Source: Armatimonadota bacterium
GTDB taxonomy: Bacteria; Armatimonadota; SYMT01
Direction of reading: 5' to 3'
DNA: 64,000 bases
NCBI GenBank assembly: GCA_041690135.1
Contig: JAWLHY010000001.1
Coordinates: 672,001 to 736,000 of the forward strand
How positions within the stretch are numbered: position 1 is the stretch's first letter; every line of letters starts with the position of its first letter. Positions 30,943-40,180 of the stretch are shown here, one piece after another. The notes under the pieces were generated by a model. It searched no databases. It had not been told where the DNA came from and saw only the letters and a program-made list of their open reading frames with translations. Both the position numbers and the translations under genes were made by a program.

Positions 30943-32031
30943 CTACCGCTTCTTTGCCACCGGCTTTCGGGCGGCGGGCTTACGGGTGGCCGGCTTCTTC
31001 GCAACCGGCTTTTTGGCGGGGGTGGCCGGGACCTCGACGAAGGTGGTGACTGTCTGCCCGTCGATGGACATATTGGGAGGCGCCTGGCCGTTACCCGCTC
31101 CGGCGGCCGCGGCTCCCGGCAACTGCAGACCCCCCAACTTCAGGTTGAGGGTGGCCGTGTACTGACCCGAGACGATCGCGCCGCGGGCGATATCGAACCG
31201 AGTGGTACCGCTGACATCCTGCGACGACCCGGGCATGCCGTCCGGACCGGGGACCGAACCGCTGCCGATCGATTCGATCAGCGCGTACCGGACGCCGTTC
31301 TTCGTCTCCATTGATTTCAAGGTGTGGGTGTACTTCACCTCGATCTCCGGGGACGCGCCGGGAACGGAGCCGGGGCCACCCACGTCTGGTCGGCTCTTCA
31401 TAACCGTTTCCCAACTCTCGCCCACGGCCACCGGTTTATCGGGAAACTGCAAGAAGGAATTGGTGATCTCCCGTAATAGGGGGGAGTTGGGAGCTTTGGC
31501 GCCCGGAATGGGAGATTGCACTCCGAAGGGGTCCCGCCGCAGGGAGAAGGGGGTATTGACGCCCTTGAGGGCGGCAGCGGGGTTGCCGGGGCCGCCGGGA
31601 AGGCCCCCTTCCTGGGGCTGTCCATTAATCAGGGTGGTGACCTTGTTGTTCACCGACTTCATCACGATATCGGTGCCCAGGACGTTCATCGCCATCGACA
31701 TGCTGTCCACGCGCACCGAGAGGGTGCCGGTACCCTGGCGCGTCCCAAGTACCTTCTCCACCAGGATGAAATCGATCTTCTGGTTCATGGGAATCGGACC
31801 CAAGCCGCCCCCGCCCTCGCCGAGGGAGAGCGTGAGATCGTTTTGAGCCGTGCCCCGGAACTTCTGGATCTGCCCGGTGGTGTACTTGTAGCCGAGCTTC
31901 ACCGTCTCGGCACCGCCACTCTCCGCGGGCGGTGGAGGATCCGTTTGGGCGGAGCTGTAAGGTGCGGCAAGCAGCAGGAACGCTGCGGCCAAAGTGCCGG
32001 AGGCCAGGTAGGGTAATGGATTGCGTTTCAT
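30943..32031 (-). CDS. Secreted beta-rich hypothetical protein with Lys/Pro/Ala-rich tail (DUF6263-like)
   Basis: Signal peptide; LGYKYTTGQ, PDKPVAVGESW, GTTRFDIARG; tail KKPVAKKPATRK. Confidence 0.7.
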   Translation of the reverse strand: MKRNPLPYLASGTLAAAFLLLAAPYSSAQTDPPPPAESGGAETVKLGYKYTTGQIQKFRGTAQNDLTLSLGEGGGGLGPIPMNQKIDFILVEKVLGTRQGTGTLSVRVDSMSMAMNVLGTDIVMKSVNNKVTTLINGQPQEGGLPGGPGNPAAALKGVNTPFSLRRDPFGVQSPIPGAKAPNSPLLREITNSFLQFPDKPVAVGESWETVMKSRPDVGGPGSVPGASPEIEVKYTHTLKSMETKNGVRYALIESIGSGSVPGPDGMPGSSQDVSGTTRFDIARGAIVSGQYTATLNLKLGGLQLPGAAAAGAGNGQAPPNMSIDGQTVTTFVEVPATPAKKPVAKKPATRKPAARKPVAKKR

Positions 32032-32069
32032 CGGGAGCACTCCCGGCTGCGCCTGAGTGGCAGCCTGTT

Positions 32070-33149
32070 TCAGTGGGCCGGCTTTGGTGGCTTGGACCGT
32101 GCCTCCCCCTGGGGGCTTTTAGGGACAGCACGCTTCAGGCTCGTAGGGCGGACCTCGGAAATGTCGTAGGAAAAGCGGAGCTTCACGGAAGCGTTCGGAG
32201 CAGATGTTCCCACGGCAAGTCCAGTTTCATCGACCGGAACACACCTTACTATACCTTCGTTATCGCCGCTGAGTTGCGCGGACACCACCCTTCCCCGGCT
32301 CACGTCGAAGCGAACCGTACCGCGGTAGCTCAGTCGAGAGGGAGGCAAGCCCGGATCAGTTTGCGCCCGGCCACGTGCAACAACCGATATCACCGCAACC
32401 TGGCTGCCATTCCGCTTCTCCACGGCTTTTAGTGTGTAGGCGGTGACCAGAACAACCGCCGGATCGGCGTTAGGGTCCGGCTCGCCGGTGGGCAGTGTGG
32501 GGACACTGCGCGTGCCCCAGGTTTGACCGACTTTGACCTCGCGGTCGGGAAATGCCACTAACGGTGCGAGCAGTTCGCTCACCAACGGGTTTGCCGCAGG
32601 AGGGTAACCCGGCGCAAGCGTGGCGTGACCGTGCGGGTTGCGGAGCACGATCATGGGAGAGTTCAACCTCCGCACATCCTGAATGCCGGCGGAAAGTCCC
32701 GTGGCGCCTGGGGAGAAGTGCGCGGCGTCCACCAGGGCGCCATTTACCCGGATGGAAGGCTGATTCCCCACCGCTTTCAACTGGATACGACCGTCGGGGT
32801 ATGTTTGGTCCGTGCTGAAGCTATCCAGTTGGAGTCGCGTGGCGCCCACTCCGTCTTTCACCTGCAATACCTCCTCGCGAATGATCATCTCGAAGGTGCC
32901 CCCGCCTTCCGTCACCCGCTCCTCTCCCGCGTATTGAATGACCGCCCGCAGTTTGGCGACCTTCCGGAGCTTCAGGACTTGCTTCGGCCGGTACTTGTAC
33001 GTGAGCCGGACCCCTTGAGCGGCTATCGCCGAGTCGCCCGGAACGGCGCACGGCAAGCTGAGTAATAGCAGGTAGGGAAGGGCGCGGCGCTGGCCGTTGC
33101 GGAGACTGTGAGGATGGGTAGTGGTGGAAATGACCTTTGAAAGAACCAT
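32070..33149 (-). CDS. Secreted hypothetical protein, diverged tandem paralog of 30943-32031
   Basis: LTYKYRPKQ, FPDREVKVGQTW, GTVRFDVSRGRVVS shared with the neighbour; start uncertain. Confidence 0.65.
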   Translation of the reverse strand: MVLSKVISTTTHPHSLRNGQRRALPYLLLLSLPCAVPGDSAIAAQGVRLTYKYRPKQVLKLRKVAKLRAVIQYAGEERVTEGGGTFEMIIREEVLQVKDGVGATRLQLDSFSTDQTYPDGRIQLKAVGNQPSIRVNGALVDAAHFSPGATGLSAGIQDVRRLNSPMIVLRNPHGHATLAPGYPPAANPLVSELLAPLVAFPDREVKVGQTWGTRSVPTLPTGEPDPNADPAVVLVTAYTLKAVEKRNGSQVAVISVVARGRAQTDPGLPPSRLSYRGTVRFDVSRGRVVSAQLSGDNEGIVRCVPVDETGLAVGTSAPNASVKLRFSYDISEVRPTSLKRAVPKSPQGEARSKPPKPAH

Positions 33150-33497
33150 TGAAGAGTCGGCGACCGGTAAGAAGGCATCAGGCTACCAGATACCTCAGGT
33201 TGTACTACGCCTCCCGCAACCGTCGGGAAGTGAGGATGGGAGGGGCTTGTTCACCTTGAATGATGGTTCCAGACCACTTTTCCAACAGTCCATTCTTTCT
33301 TTGGAAGATCCTTCGCGCCGGACCCCGCAGCCGGTCCCGGTGCCGCTTCCTACGGAAGTAAGAGAGGCCTCTCCGCGAAACGATTGATCGCGGTTGGGGC
33401 GGCACCGGGTAAGAATAAGCCAGACGTGGACAGCATTTGAGGTCCCCACGACAGACATGGAACGGGACGGCAGTCCGCTTGCTGATCCGCAGGTGCA

Positions 33498-35561
33498 ATG
33501 CAAAACCCTGGTAACCACCGTATCACCATCCTCCTGGTGGAGGACAATCCGGACGACGTGGAGCTATTCCGCGAAACCCTGCGGGGCGCTTCGCTATCCG
33601 CATTTGATCTCGCCCAGGTCGACCAACTCCGGCAGGCGCTGGCGCGGTTGGAAGTCGGCGGCATCGACGTGGTGCTGCTCGACCTGACCCTGCCGGACGG
33701 CGATGGAATCGAAAACCTGCGGCGGCTGCACGCGGCGGCGCCGGAGATCCCGATCATCGTCCTTACCGGCTGCGACGATGAAGAGCTAGCCCTTGCGGCG
33801 ATGCGAGCGGGCGCCCAGGACTACCTGGTGAAGAGCCAACTCGAAGGGCCGCTGCTGGCACGGGCGGTGCGATACGCCATCGAGCGCAAGCGGGCGGAGG
33901 ACGCGCTCCGCGAGCGGGAAGTACGTTTGCGCCTGCTGACTGAACACGTGCCGGCCGTGTTGTGGACCACGGACGGCAACCTGTGTCTCACTTCCGTCTC
34001 CGGAGCCGCACTGGCCGACCTGGGTCTCGTGCCTGCCCAGTTGTTAGGGAAGTGCGTGGGAGAGGTCCTGCGCTCGAGCGGTCCCGACAACCCGGTACTG
34101 GCGGCCCACCGGCAGGCGTTGGAAGGGCTGTCGGCCACTTGCGAGCAGCCGTGGGGAGTCAGTATCTACCGAACGAATGTGGAGCCGCTGCGCGACCGGG
34201 GGGGCGCCGTCATCGGCTGTGTCGGCCTGGCGCTGGACGTGACGGATTCGAAACGGATGGAAGACCGCCTCTTCCACCTGGCCAACCACGACCCTCTAAC
34301 GGACCTGTTCAACCGCCGGCGCTTCGAGGAGGAACTGGGAGAGCAACTGAAGCGCGCTCGCATCCACGGGACTGCCGGCGCCGTCTTGTTGATGGACCTC
34401 GACGGCTTCAAAGAGGTGAACGACGGATACGGGCATCCGGTGGGCGATCAGTTGCTGGTACGAGTGGCCGACGAATTGAAGGGGCGGCTGCGCCAGGGCG
34501 ATCTCCTCGCCCGGCTGGGCGGCGACGAGTTTGCCGTACTGCTGCCCCACGCCAGTCAGGAACAGGCCCACGCCGTGGCCGGCCGCCTGGTCGGCAGTGT
34601 CCGCCGAGCGCAGTTGGCGGTGAGCGGTCGCACGGTCAACGTGACGGCCAGCCTGGGTATCGTCTACTACCCGGAGCACGGGGCGACCGTCGAGGAGTTG
34701 ATGAGCCATGCGGACATGGCGCTCTACCGGGCGAAAGATGCGGGCGGCGACCGGCTCCACGCCTACGCTCCCGAAGTGAGCGAAGGCCACCCCGGCGGGC
34801 CTTCGTGGGCGGTCCGGATTCGCGAGGCCCTGGCCCAGGAGCTCCTGCGTCTCTACGCCCGGCCGGTGGTGGATCTCCGCAACGGCGACGTGGCCCTCTA
34901 CAGCCTCTCCCCGCGCCTGGTGAATGGCGTGGAGGCTGATCGTCCCGGTGCCTTGCAGCGGTACGCGGAGCGCGCCGGCTTGACCGGGGAGATCGACCGG
35001 TGGGTCGTGCGGGAAGCCCTGCGGCTCCTGGCCCGGCGGCGAGAGCGAGAGAAAGAGCTGCGCCTGCACGTGAGCCTCTCCGGCAGCGCGCTGGCGGACC
35101 CGCAGATCCTCGACCTGATCCGGCAGGATCTCGGTGGGGAAGGGCTGGACCCCTCTCGCCTGGTGGTGGAGATTCCGGAGGCCGCCGTGCTCCACGATCC
35201 GGAGCGCGCCCGGAAGTTCGTCGAGACGCTCGATGACCTGGGCTGCGGGGTGGGGGTGGGGGGCGTCCGCCTGGGACTGCCTTCGGTGGACTACCTGAAA
35301 CAGGTGCCCGTCGATTTCTTCCGGTTGGAAGGCGGCCGCATCCGCGACCTGGCCCTCGACCGGGTCGACCAGCACCTGGTCCGGGCGCTGGCCGAAGTTG
35401 CCGCCGTGCTGGGGGCGGAAACCATCGCGGATAGCGTGCAGTACGACCACACCAAGCAGCTCCTTCGCGAGTTGGGGGTCGTCTACGCGCAGGGCCGGGT
35501 GGCCGGGCAGGCGCGTCCCGCCGTCGACCTGCTGGAGCTGGAAGAAGACGAAGGGGAATGA
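33498..35561 (+). CDS. REC-PAS-GGDEF protein with degenerate EAL domain (diguanylate cyclase)
   Basis: REC LLDLTLPD; HDPLTDLFNRR; RLGGDEF intact; EAL motif replaced by YSLSPRL and DDFG by GGVR. Confidence 0.9.
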   Translation: MQNPGNHRITILLVEDNPDDVELFRETLRGASLSAFDLAQVDQLRQALARLEVGGIDVVLLDLTLPDGDGIENLRRLHAAAPEIPIIVLTGCDDEELALAAMRAGAQDYLVKSQLEGPLLARAVRYAIERKRAEDALREREVRLRLLTEHVPAVLWTTDGNLCLTSVSGAALADLGLVPAQLLGKCVGEVLRSSGPDNPVLAAHRQALEGLSATCEQPWGVSIYRTNVEPLRDRGGAVIGCVGLALDVTDSKRMEDRLFHLANHDPLTDLFNRRRFEEELGEQLKRARIHGTAGAVLLMDLDGFKEVNDGYGHPVGDQLLVRVADELKGRLRQGDLLARLGGDEFAVLLPHASQEQAHAVAGRLVGSVRRAQLAVSGRTVNVTASLGIVYYPEHGATVEELMSHADMALYRAKDAGGDRLHAYAPEVSEGHPGGPSWAVRIREALAQELLRLYARPVVDLRNGDVALYSLSPRLVNGVEADRPGALQRYAERAGLTGEIDRWVVREALRLLARRREREKELRLHVSLSGSALADPQILDLIRQDLGGEGLDPSRLVVEIPEAAVLHDPERARKFVETLDDLGCGVGVGGVRLGLPSVDYLKQVPVDFFRLEGGRIRDLALDRVDQHLVRALAEVAAVLGAETIADSVQYDHTKQLLRELGVVYAQGRVAGQARPAVDLLELEEDEGE

Positions 35562-35565
35562 AAGG

Positions 35566-35672
35566 CAGATGAGGATAAGGATAAAGATACTGAGACGGTA
35601 GGATTAGGACCAGGATTACGATTGGGATGAGGGACGCAGCCGGACTAAGATGAGGATTATCATCAGGATAAG
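35566..35672. repeat. Degenerate hexamer tract GAT(A/T/G)AG
   Basis: gatgaggataaggataaagat...ggattaggaccaggattacgattgggatgag...gatgaggattatcatcaggataag. Confidence 0.65.
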
Positions 35673-35744
35673 CACACGAAGACGGACAGTTTGTACCGAG
35701 GACTCGCCGCGGGACAAGGGGTGGCCTTACATGGGGAGGGCCTG

Positions 35745-36464
35745 TTAGCGGGAGAGCGCTGCGCGGAGGAGGCGGATCACCGCTGGGTTTCCATTCTCTT
35801 TCGCGGCGGTCAGGGCGGTGTAGCCCGTGCGCGTCGTCTGGGAGGGATCGGCGCCATGCTCCAACAGCAGCTTCACGAGCGCCTCATTCCCGTCGGAGGC
35901 CGCCAGGATGAGGGGCGTGATGCCCTGTGCGCCCCGGACGTTGGCTTCGGCTCCCGCATCCAACAGTAGCGCCGAGACTTCGGCTTCTCCGTAGACCGTG
36001 GCCCAGACCAGGGGCGTGTTTCCGTCGCCGTCGCGCGCGTGGGGGTCCGCGCCCCGGGTCAGAAGTTCCCGCACGACGCCGGGATCCCTCACGCTCATCA
36101 GCGGCGTCACTCCGGAAGAGCGCTTCGCGTTCGGATCGGCGCCGTGCCGGAGCAGCACCATCGCAATCCGATCCTGCTCCGCCTGCAAAGCATTGAGCAA
36201 CAACGAGCCCCCGACCGGCTCCGGCTGATTCGGGTCAGCACCGATGGCGAGGAACAGCTCCGTTCGGCGAAGATCTCCCTGGCTCACCGCACGGAACAGG
36301 CCGGCGTCACGATAGGCGACCCCGAGCGCCACCAGCACGGCGAGGGCGAAGGCCACCCCCAGCGCCACGCCTCCCGCCACTTCCCACCGCCTGCGTCGCC
36401 GCTCCGGAGAGGCGGGCTGCACGTCCGTGCAGTCTCCTTCCAGAAAGGCAGGGGGAGGGGTCAT
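35745..36464 (-). CDS. Membrane-anchored ankyrin repeat protein
   Basis: TM segment then GADPN and G.TPL repeats; ATGA overlap with the upstream SMI1 gene. Confidence 0.9.
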   Translation of the reverse strand: MTPPPAFLEGDCTDVQPASPERRRRRWEVAGGVALGVAFALAVLVALGVAYRDAGLFRAVSQGDLRRTELFLAIGADPNQPEPVGGSLLLNALQAEQDRIAMVLLRHGADPNAKRSSGVTPLMSVRDPGVVRELLTRGADPHARDGDGNTPLVWATVYGEAEVSALLLDAGAEANVRGAQGITPLILAASDGNEALVKLLLEHGADPSQTTRTGYTALTAAKENGNPAVIRLLRAALSR

Positions 36465-36973
36465 GGGGCGGCAGCCGGAGGTGGGGCGATCGCTTCCACC
36501 GGCCCATACACGGAATCCTCGCGAATCCGGTCCCGAATCGTCGCTTCCAGCCATGCCAGGAAACTCGGCGCCACATTCCGCGGCAGCTGGTCCGGCCCCC
36601 GCTCGCGGTCCCAGCAAACGATCGGGCACTCCCCATCGTGCGCGGCCGCCGTATCCAGGCAGTATTCGCCGCCGCGGCCGTCCGGACTGACCGGCACCAG
36701 GGACAGGGGCAGGTTGGGCCTGAGGAGGAGACGGGCGTCCTGCGTGGCCTTCACCACGTGCATGTAGGCCAGTTCCGGCGAGGCGATCCCGTAGATCTGG
36801 ACCGGCCAGAAGCTGTAGCCCAGGACGCGCAAGAACTCCCGATAGCCCGTGGGGAAACTGACCCCTAGCGCCTGCTCGGCGGCGCGGATCTCGGCTTCGG
36901 GAGCGCCCGGCCCCAGTTCTTCCGGAGAGGCTTGCGTGCGGATTTGTTCCAGGAGATCGAGAAACGACGGCAT
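36461..36973 (-). CDS. SMI1/KNR4 (SUKH) family immunity-type protein
   Basis: GAPEAEIRAAEQALGVSFPTGYREFL, DGRGGEYCLD, ECPIVCWD, VAPSFLAWL. Confidence 0.9.
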   Translation of the reverse strand: MPSFLDLLEQIRTQASPEELGPGAPEAEIRAAEQALGVSFPTGYREFLRVLGYSFWPVQIYGIASPELAYMHVVKATQDARLLLRPNLPLSLVPVSPDGRGGEYCLDTAAAHDGECPIVCWDRERGPDQLPRNVAPSFLAWLEATIRDRIREDSVYGPVEAIAPPPAAAP

Positions 36974-36995
36974 GACTTAACCCCGCGACCCGGCG

Positions 36996-37025
36996 TTGAC
37001 CGGAAATGGCGGTCCGGCCTATAAT
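36996..37025 (+). promoter_or_regulatory. Sigma-70-type promoter for tRNA-Arg
   Basis: TTGACC-N18-TATAAT just upstream of the tRNA. Confidence 0.7.
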
Positions 37026-37041
37026 ACCGAAACCAGTATCG

Positions 37042-37114
37042 GCCCTCGTAGCTCAGGGGATAGAGCGCCTCCGTCCTAAGGAGGGCGTCGGGAGTTCGAA
37101 TCTCTCCGAGGGCG
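37042..37114 (+). tRNA. tRNA-Arg(CCT)
   Basis: Acceptor GCCCTCG/CGAGGGC; D-arm GCTC/GAGC; anticodon stem CCTCC/GGAGG with loop GTCCTAA; GTTCGAATC; CCA not encoded. Confidence 0.92.
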
Positions 37115-37133
37115 TTCCAACACCATCTTACCC

Positions 37134-37170
37134 AAACCGCCCGGCTGAAGCAGCCGGGCGGTTTGCGTTT
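37134..37170 (+). terminator. Intrinsic terminator after tRNA-Arg
   Basis: AAACCGCCCGGCTG-AAG-CAGCCGGGCGGTTT. Confidence 0.75.
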
Positions 37171-37393
37171 CTGTCACATCCGCAAGGGGCTTGCGGGAGT
37201 CCACAGGTGACGCAGCCCCACGGTGCGGGTTGGGTGAGTCCACCGATGACGCAGCCCTACGGCCCGTTTGGGATTGTATAGCTGGGAGGGAAGACGCCGG
37301 TGGGCTGGGGTAACCAATGGCATAGCACGCCGGCCCATACAGGATGGAGAAGATGGAAACAAAAAACGCGCTGCTTACGGGCCGCAGCAATTG

Positions 37394-37433
37394 CAAAACG
37401 CCGTTCGGTTCCATGGAACCGAACGGCGTTTTG
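37394..37433. terminator. 40-bp perfect palindrome downstream of tRNA-Val (terminator)
   Basis: CAAAACGCCGTTCGGTTCCATGGAACCGAACGGCGTTTTG. Confidence 0.7.
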
Positions 37434-37471
37434 TTGAAGGACGGAATGGGTGGCATCCACGGAGATGCCGA

Positions 37472-37543
37472 TGGGCGGTACAGGATTTGAACCTGTGACC
37501 TCTTCCGTGTCAAGGAAGCGCTCTCCCCCTGAGCCAACCGCCC
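37472..37543 (-). tRNA. tRNA-Val(GAC)
   Basis: Reverse complement GGGCGGTTGGCTCAGGGGGAGAGCGCTTCCTTGACACGGAAGAGGTCACAGGTTCAAATCCTGTACCGCCCA. Confidence 0.95.
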
Positions 37544-37716
37544 GGAACCTTTGCGCTACCGCCCGGATGGGGTGGGGGACCGCCTTCCGCGCCGGTAGCT
37601 GGCAGGCGGTATTGTAGCGTAAGCGGAGAGCGTTGTAAAGGAGTTTGTTGGGGTGGGCATTGGGCATTGGGAGAGAGGAATGCGGGGAAGAGGATGGGCG
37701 GCGCAGCGGTAGTAAG

Positions 37717-37746
37717 TTGACGGGGCCAATCAAGCGCCCTTATAAT
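37717..37746 (+). promoter_or_regulatory. Sigma-70-type promoter
   Basis: TTGACG-N18-TATAAT upstream of the 37840 gene. Confidence 0.65.
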
Positions 37747-37839
37747 TCCCCCATCCCCTTATCCGGCCCCAAGTAATGCTCGTCGTGTCCCGTCCCTCGT
37801 CGTTCCAGGTGGGCGACGGCAGGCCCGGAAAGTAACCCC

Positions 37840-38400
37840 ATGGAAGATGCTGTGGACGCCCTTCCCCGTACCGATGTCGACCTGGAAGCCGAGCTCGAAT
37901 CCCTCCGGGAATGGGTCACCAAGTCTCCGGGCTTGATGAACCACTGTATCTGGCTCGACCTGGAAGAATTCGAAGCCCGAATCGAACAGCTTGTCGCCCA
38001 GCTTCCCAAGGAAGTCCGCCGCGCCCGGCGCATCTGCCGGGAGGAGCAGCGGATCATCCAGGATGCCAAGGACGAGGCCCGGCGCCTGCTGGAAGAGGCC
38101 CGCGCGGAATCGGCCCAGATCGGGTCCGATGCGCGCTCGGAGGCGGATCGGGTGCTGGCGGAAGCGAATGCCGAAGCCGAGCGGCTGGTGGAGGCGAGCG
38201 CCATTCGCCAGCGCGCCCTGGAGCAGGCGGAAGCGACCATTGCCCGCGCCGAGGAATCGGCCGAGGAGATCCGGGAGCAGTCCTACACCTACGCCCGGCA
38301 GGTGATGGACAATATGGTCACCTCGCTGAAGCGCCTGACGACGCAGATCGAACAGGACCGCCGCCAGCTCGAAGCCAGCCAGAACGGCGACGAGGAGTAA
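37840..38400 (+). CDS. Coiled-coil DivIVA / ATP-synthase-B-like protein of the yceD neighbourhood
   Basis: LPKEVRRARRI...A..EA..LL..A heptads; typical gene upstream of yceD. Confidence 0.75.
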   Translation: MEDAVDALPRTDVDLEAELESLREWVTKSPGLMNHCIWLDLEEFEARIEQLVAQLPKEVRRARRICREEQRIIQDAKDEARRLLEEARAESAQIGSDARSEADRVLAEANAEAERLVEASAIRQRALEQAEATIARAEESAEEIREQSYTYARQVMDNMVTSLKRLTTQIEQDRRQLEASQNGDEE

Positions 38401-38411
38401 GGGAGACGTAG

Positions 38412-38900
38412 TTGTGGGTTCTCGTCCGCAACTGCGGCAGCTCTTCGATTAAGTTCGCGCCGATCGGAACGGAGACGCGCCGCTGCTTTTGGGACGGCGA
38501 GGTCGACCGCGTCCGCAACCCGCGAGAGCCGAGAATCCCTCGTCGACGGATCGAGGGACGCGATTCCCGTGGTGGAGCACGTCCCGACGCCGGACTATGC
38601 CGCGGCCGTGCGGTGGCTTGCCTCCTTCATTCCCCACGTCGCGGCGCTCCATCCGGCTTTCCACGCCGCGTTTCACGAGCGCTCCCATCGCCACGCGATC
38701 CCCGAGGAGTTTTACCAGGAGTACGACGTGAGACGATAGGGGGCCTGGGCTTGTTGGCCCTCCGCTTGGATGCGAGCCGTAACGGGCAGAATAACAACGT
38801 GGAGCGAGACGTCAGTGAGCCGGACGCAACGGCGCGGGTGCTGGTGATCCCCACGGATGAAGAGTGGATCATTGCGCGGGAAGCCCGCCAGGTGTTTTCC
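38412..38900 (+). pseudogene. ackA: Collapsed acetate kinase pseudogene
   Basis: VLVRNCGSSSIKF (N-terminus); out-of-frame PAFH...AIPEEFYQEYDVRR*G (38641-38742); C-terminal VLVIPTDEEWIIARE; ~0.5 kb versus ~1.2 kb expected. Confidence 0.85.
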
Positions 38901-38979
38901 CACCCGGGTCGTGAAACCCGGCATTCGGCGACTCTGCACAGGCAGGGTTAGCCCTGAGGGTCAAGAAAAGGAGTAGGCG

Positions 38980-39606
38980 ATGTTACTCGACCTTTCGGAA
39001 ATCGTCATGCGGCACGGTATGAAAGTGAGCCTGGATATCGACCAGCCTGCCGTGGAAGATCCGGACCTGGTGTTCGCTTCACCGCTCAAGGGCCGCCTTA
39101 CCTTTGAAAACAGCGGGGATCTGTTGAGCATCATGGGCGAGGTGAAGACGGCGCTCACCATTCCGTGCAGCCGCTGCCTGACGGATGTGCGCGAGCCGAT
39201 CGACCTGGAAGTGGAGGAACGCTTCCCGATCGATGACGTGATCCACCCGAACCGGCCGCCGGCCGAGGACGAGGAGTGGGAAACGCTGGTGAGTTCGGTG
39301 GTCTACCTGGACCAGGGGCGACCGATCCTCGACCTGGACGAACTGCTGCGGCAGTTGATCGTCTCCGAAGTGCCGATCCGAACCCTCTGCGAGGAAGCCT
39401 GTGCCGGGCTTTGTCCCGAGTGCGGCGCCAACCGGAATGAAGCCCCCTGCACCTGCGCCGAAACGCCGCGCAACACGCCGTTGGCGGGGCTGGCGGCCCT
39501 GCTGGAGGTCGATGGCGACGCCGGAAGCGGTGAGGTTGAGGACAAAGATGGGGCTCGGGATAAGGATAAGGATAACGAGAGAGGGGGACGAAAAGTAAAG
39601 GCCTGA
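38980..39606 (+). CDS. yceD: YceD/DUF177 family 23S rRNA accumulation protein
   Basis: PCSRCL, LDLDELLRQ, LCEEACAGLCPECGANRNEAPCTC; RBS AAGGAG. Confidence 0.92.
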   Translation: MLLDLSEIVMRHGMKVSLDIDQPAVEDPDLVFASPLKGRLTFENSGDLLSIMGEVKTALTIPCSRCLTDVREPIDLEVEERFPIDDVIHPNRPPAEDEEWETLVSSVVYLDQGRPILDLDELLRQLIVSEVPIRTLCEEACAGLCPECGANRNEAPCTCAETPRNTPLAGLAALLEVDGDAGSGEVEDKDGARDKDKDNERGGRKVKA

Positions 39607-39665
39607 GGTCAAGTGCAACCGTAGACGCGGTGCGCGGAGAGTTGCCGGCCCCCTCCGGATGATGG

Positions 39666-40082
39666 GTGATGTTGGAACTGCCTTTGCCTTTGGCTAGCCT
39701 CAACGGTGACTCTTCGGTACACGGCGTACGGTTTGCCGCGGGTGTGGCGGAGTGCCTCTGGGAGGATTCGGACGGGACCCCGTATCGGCTGCAGGTGCGT
39801 ACCGATACTCTCTACAGCGAGGCCGACGCGGAACACAGTTCGGTTCACCTGGAGATCGAGGAATTGGCTACTGCCCTGCCGGTTGACGTGGCTTCCGGCC
39901 GCTATCAGGCCCCTCTGGACTTCGGCGGGCAAATGAGACTCGTGCGGGAGGGCCGTCATCTCGCGTTGGGTCGCAGGCAGCAAGAATGGCCCTTCTTGCT
40001 TCGGATTCGCGGGTACCGTCTGCTGCTGGCTTGCCCGGTGCGGACGTTGGAAGATATCACGCTGCGGCCAGGCATGGATTGA
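39666..40082 (+). CDS. Hypothetical protein
   Basis: 138-aa ORF with plausible composition followed by a terminator. Confidence 0.5.
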   Translation: MMLELPLPLASLNGDSSVHGVRFAAGVAECLWEDSDGTPYRLQVRTDTLYSEADAEHSSVHLEIEELATALPVDVASGRYQAPLDFGGQMRLVREGRHLALGRRQQEWPFLLRIRGYRLLLACPVRTLEDITLRPGMD

Positions 40083-40126
40083 GTCAGCGGGAACCGCCGC
40101 GCCGGTTGCTCGCGGAAGTAGGCGAC

Positions 40127-40166
40127 AAGGGCTGCCGTACCAAAAAGGTGCGGCAGCCCTTTTTTT
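40127..40166. terminator. Intrinsic terminator between convergent genes
   Basis: AAGGGCTGCCGTACC-AAAAA-GGTGCGGCAGCCCTTTTTTT. Confidence 0.8.
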
Positions 40167-40180
40167 CTCTCCGTGCGCTA

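Noticed and set aside
37042-37543. tRNAs as the attachment site of the recombinase island
   Set aside because: No duplicated tRNA 3' end seen near the island or recombinase; housekeeping genes lie in between.
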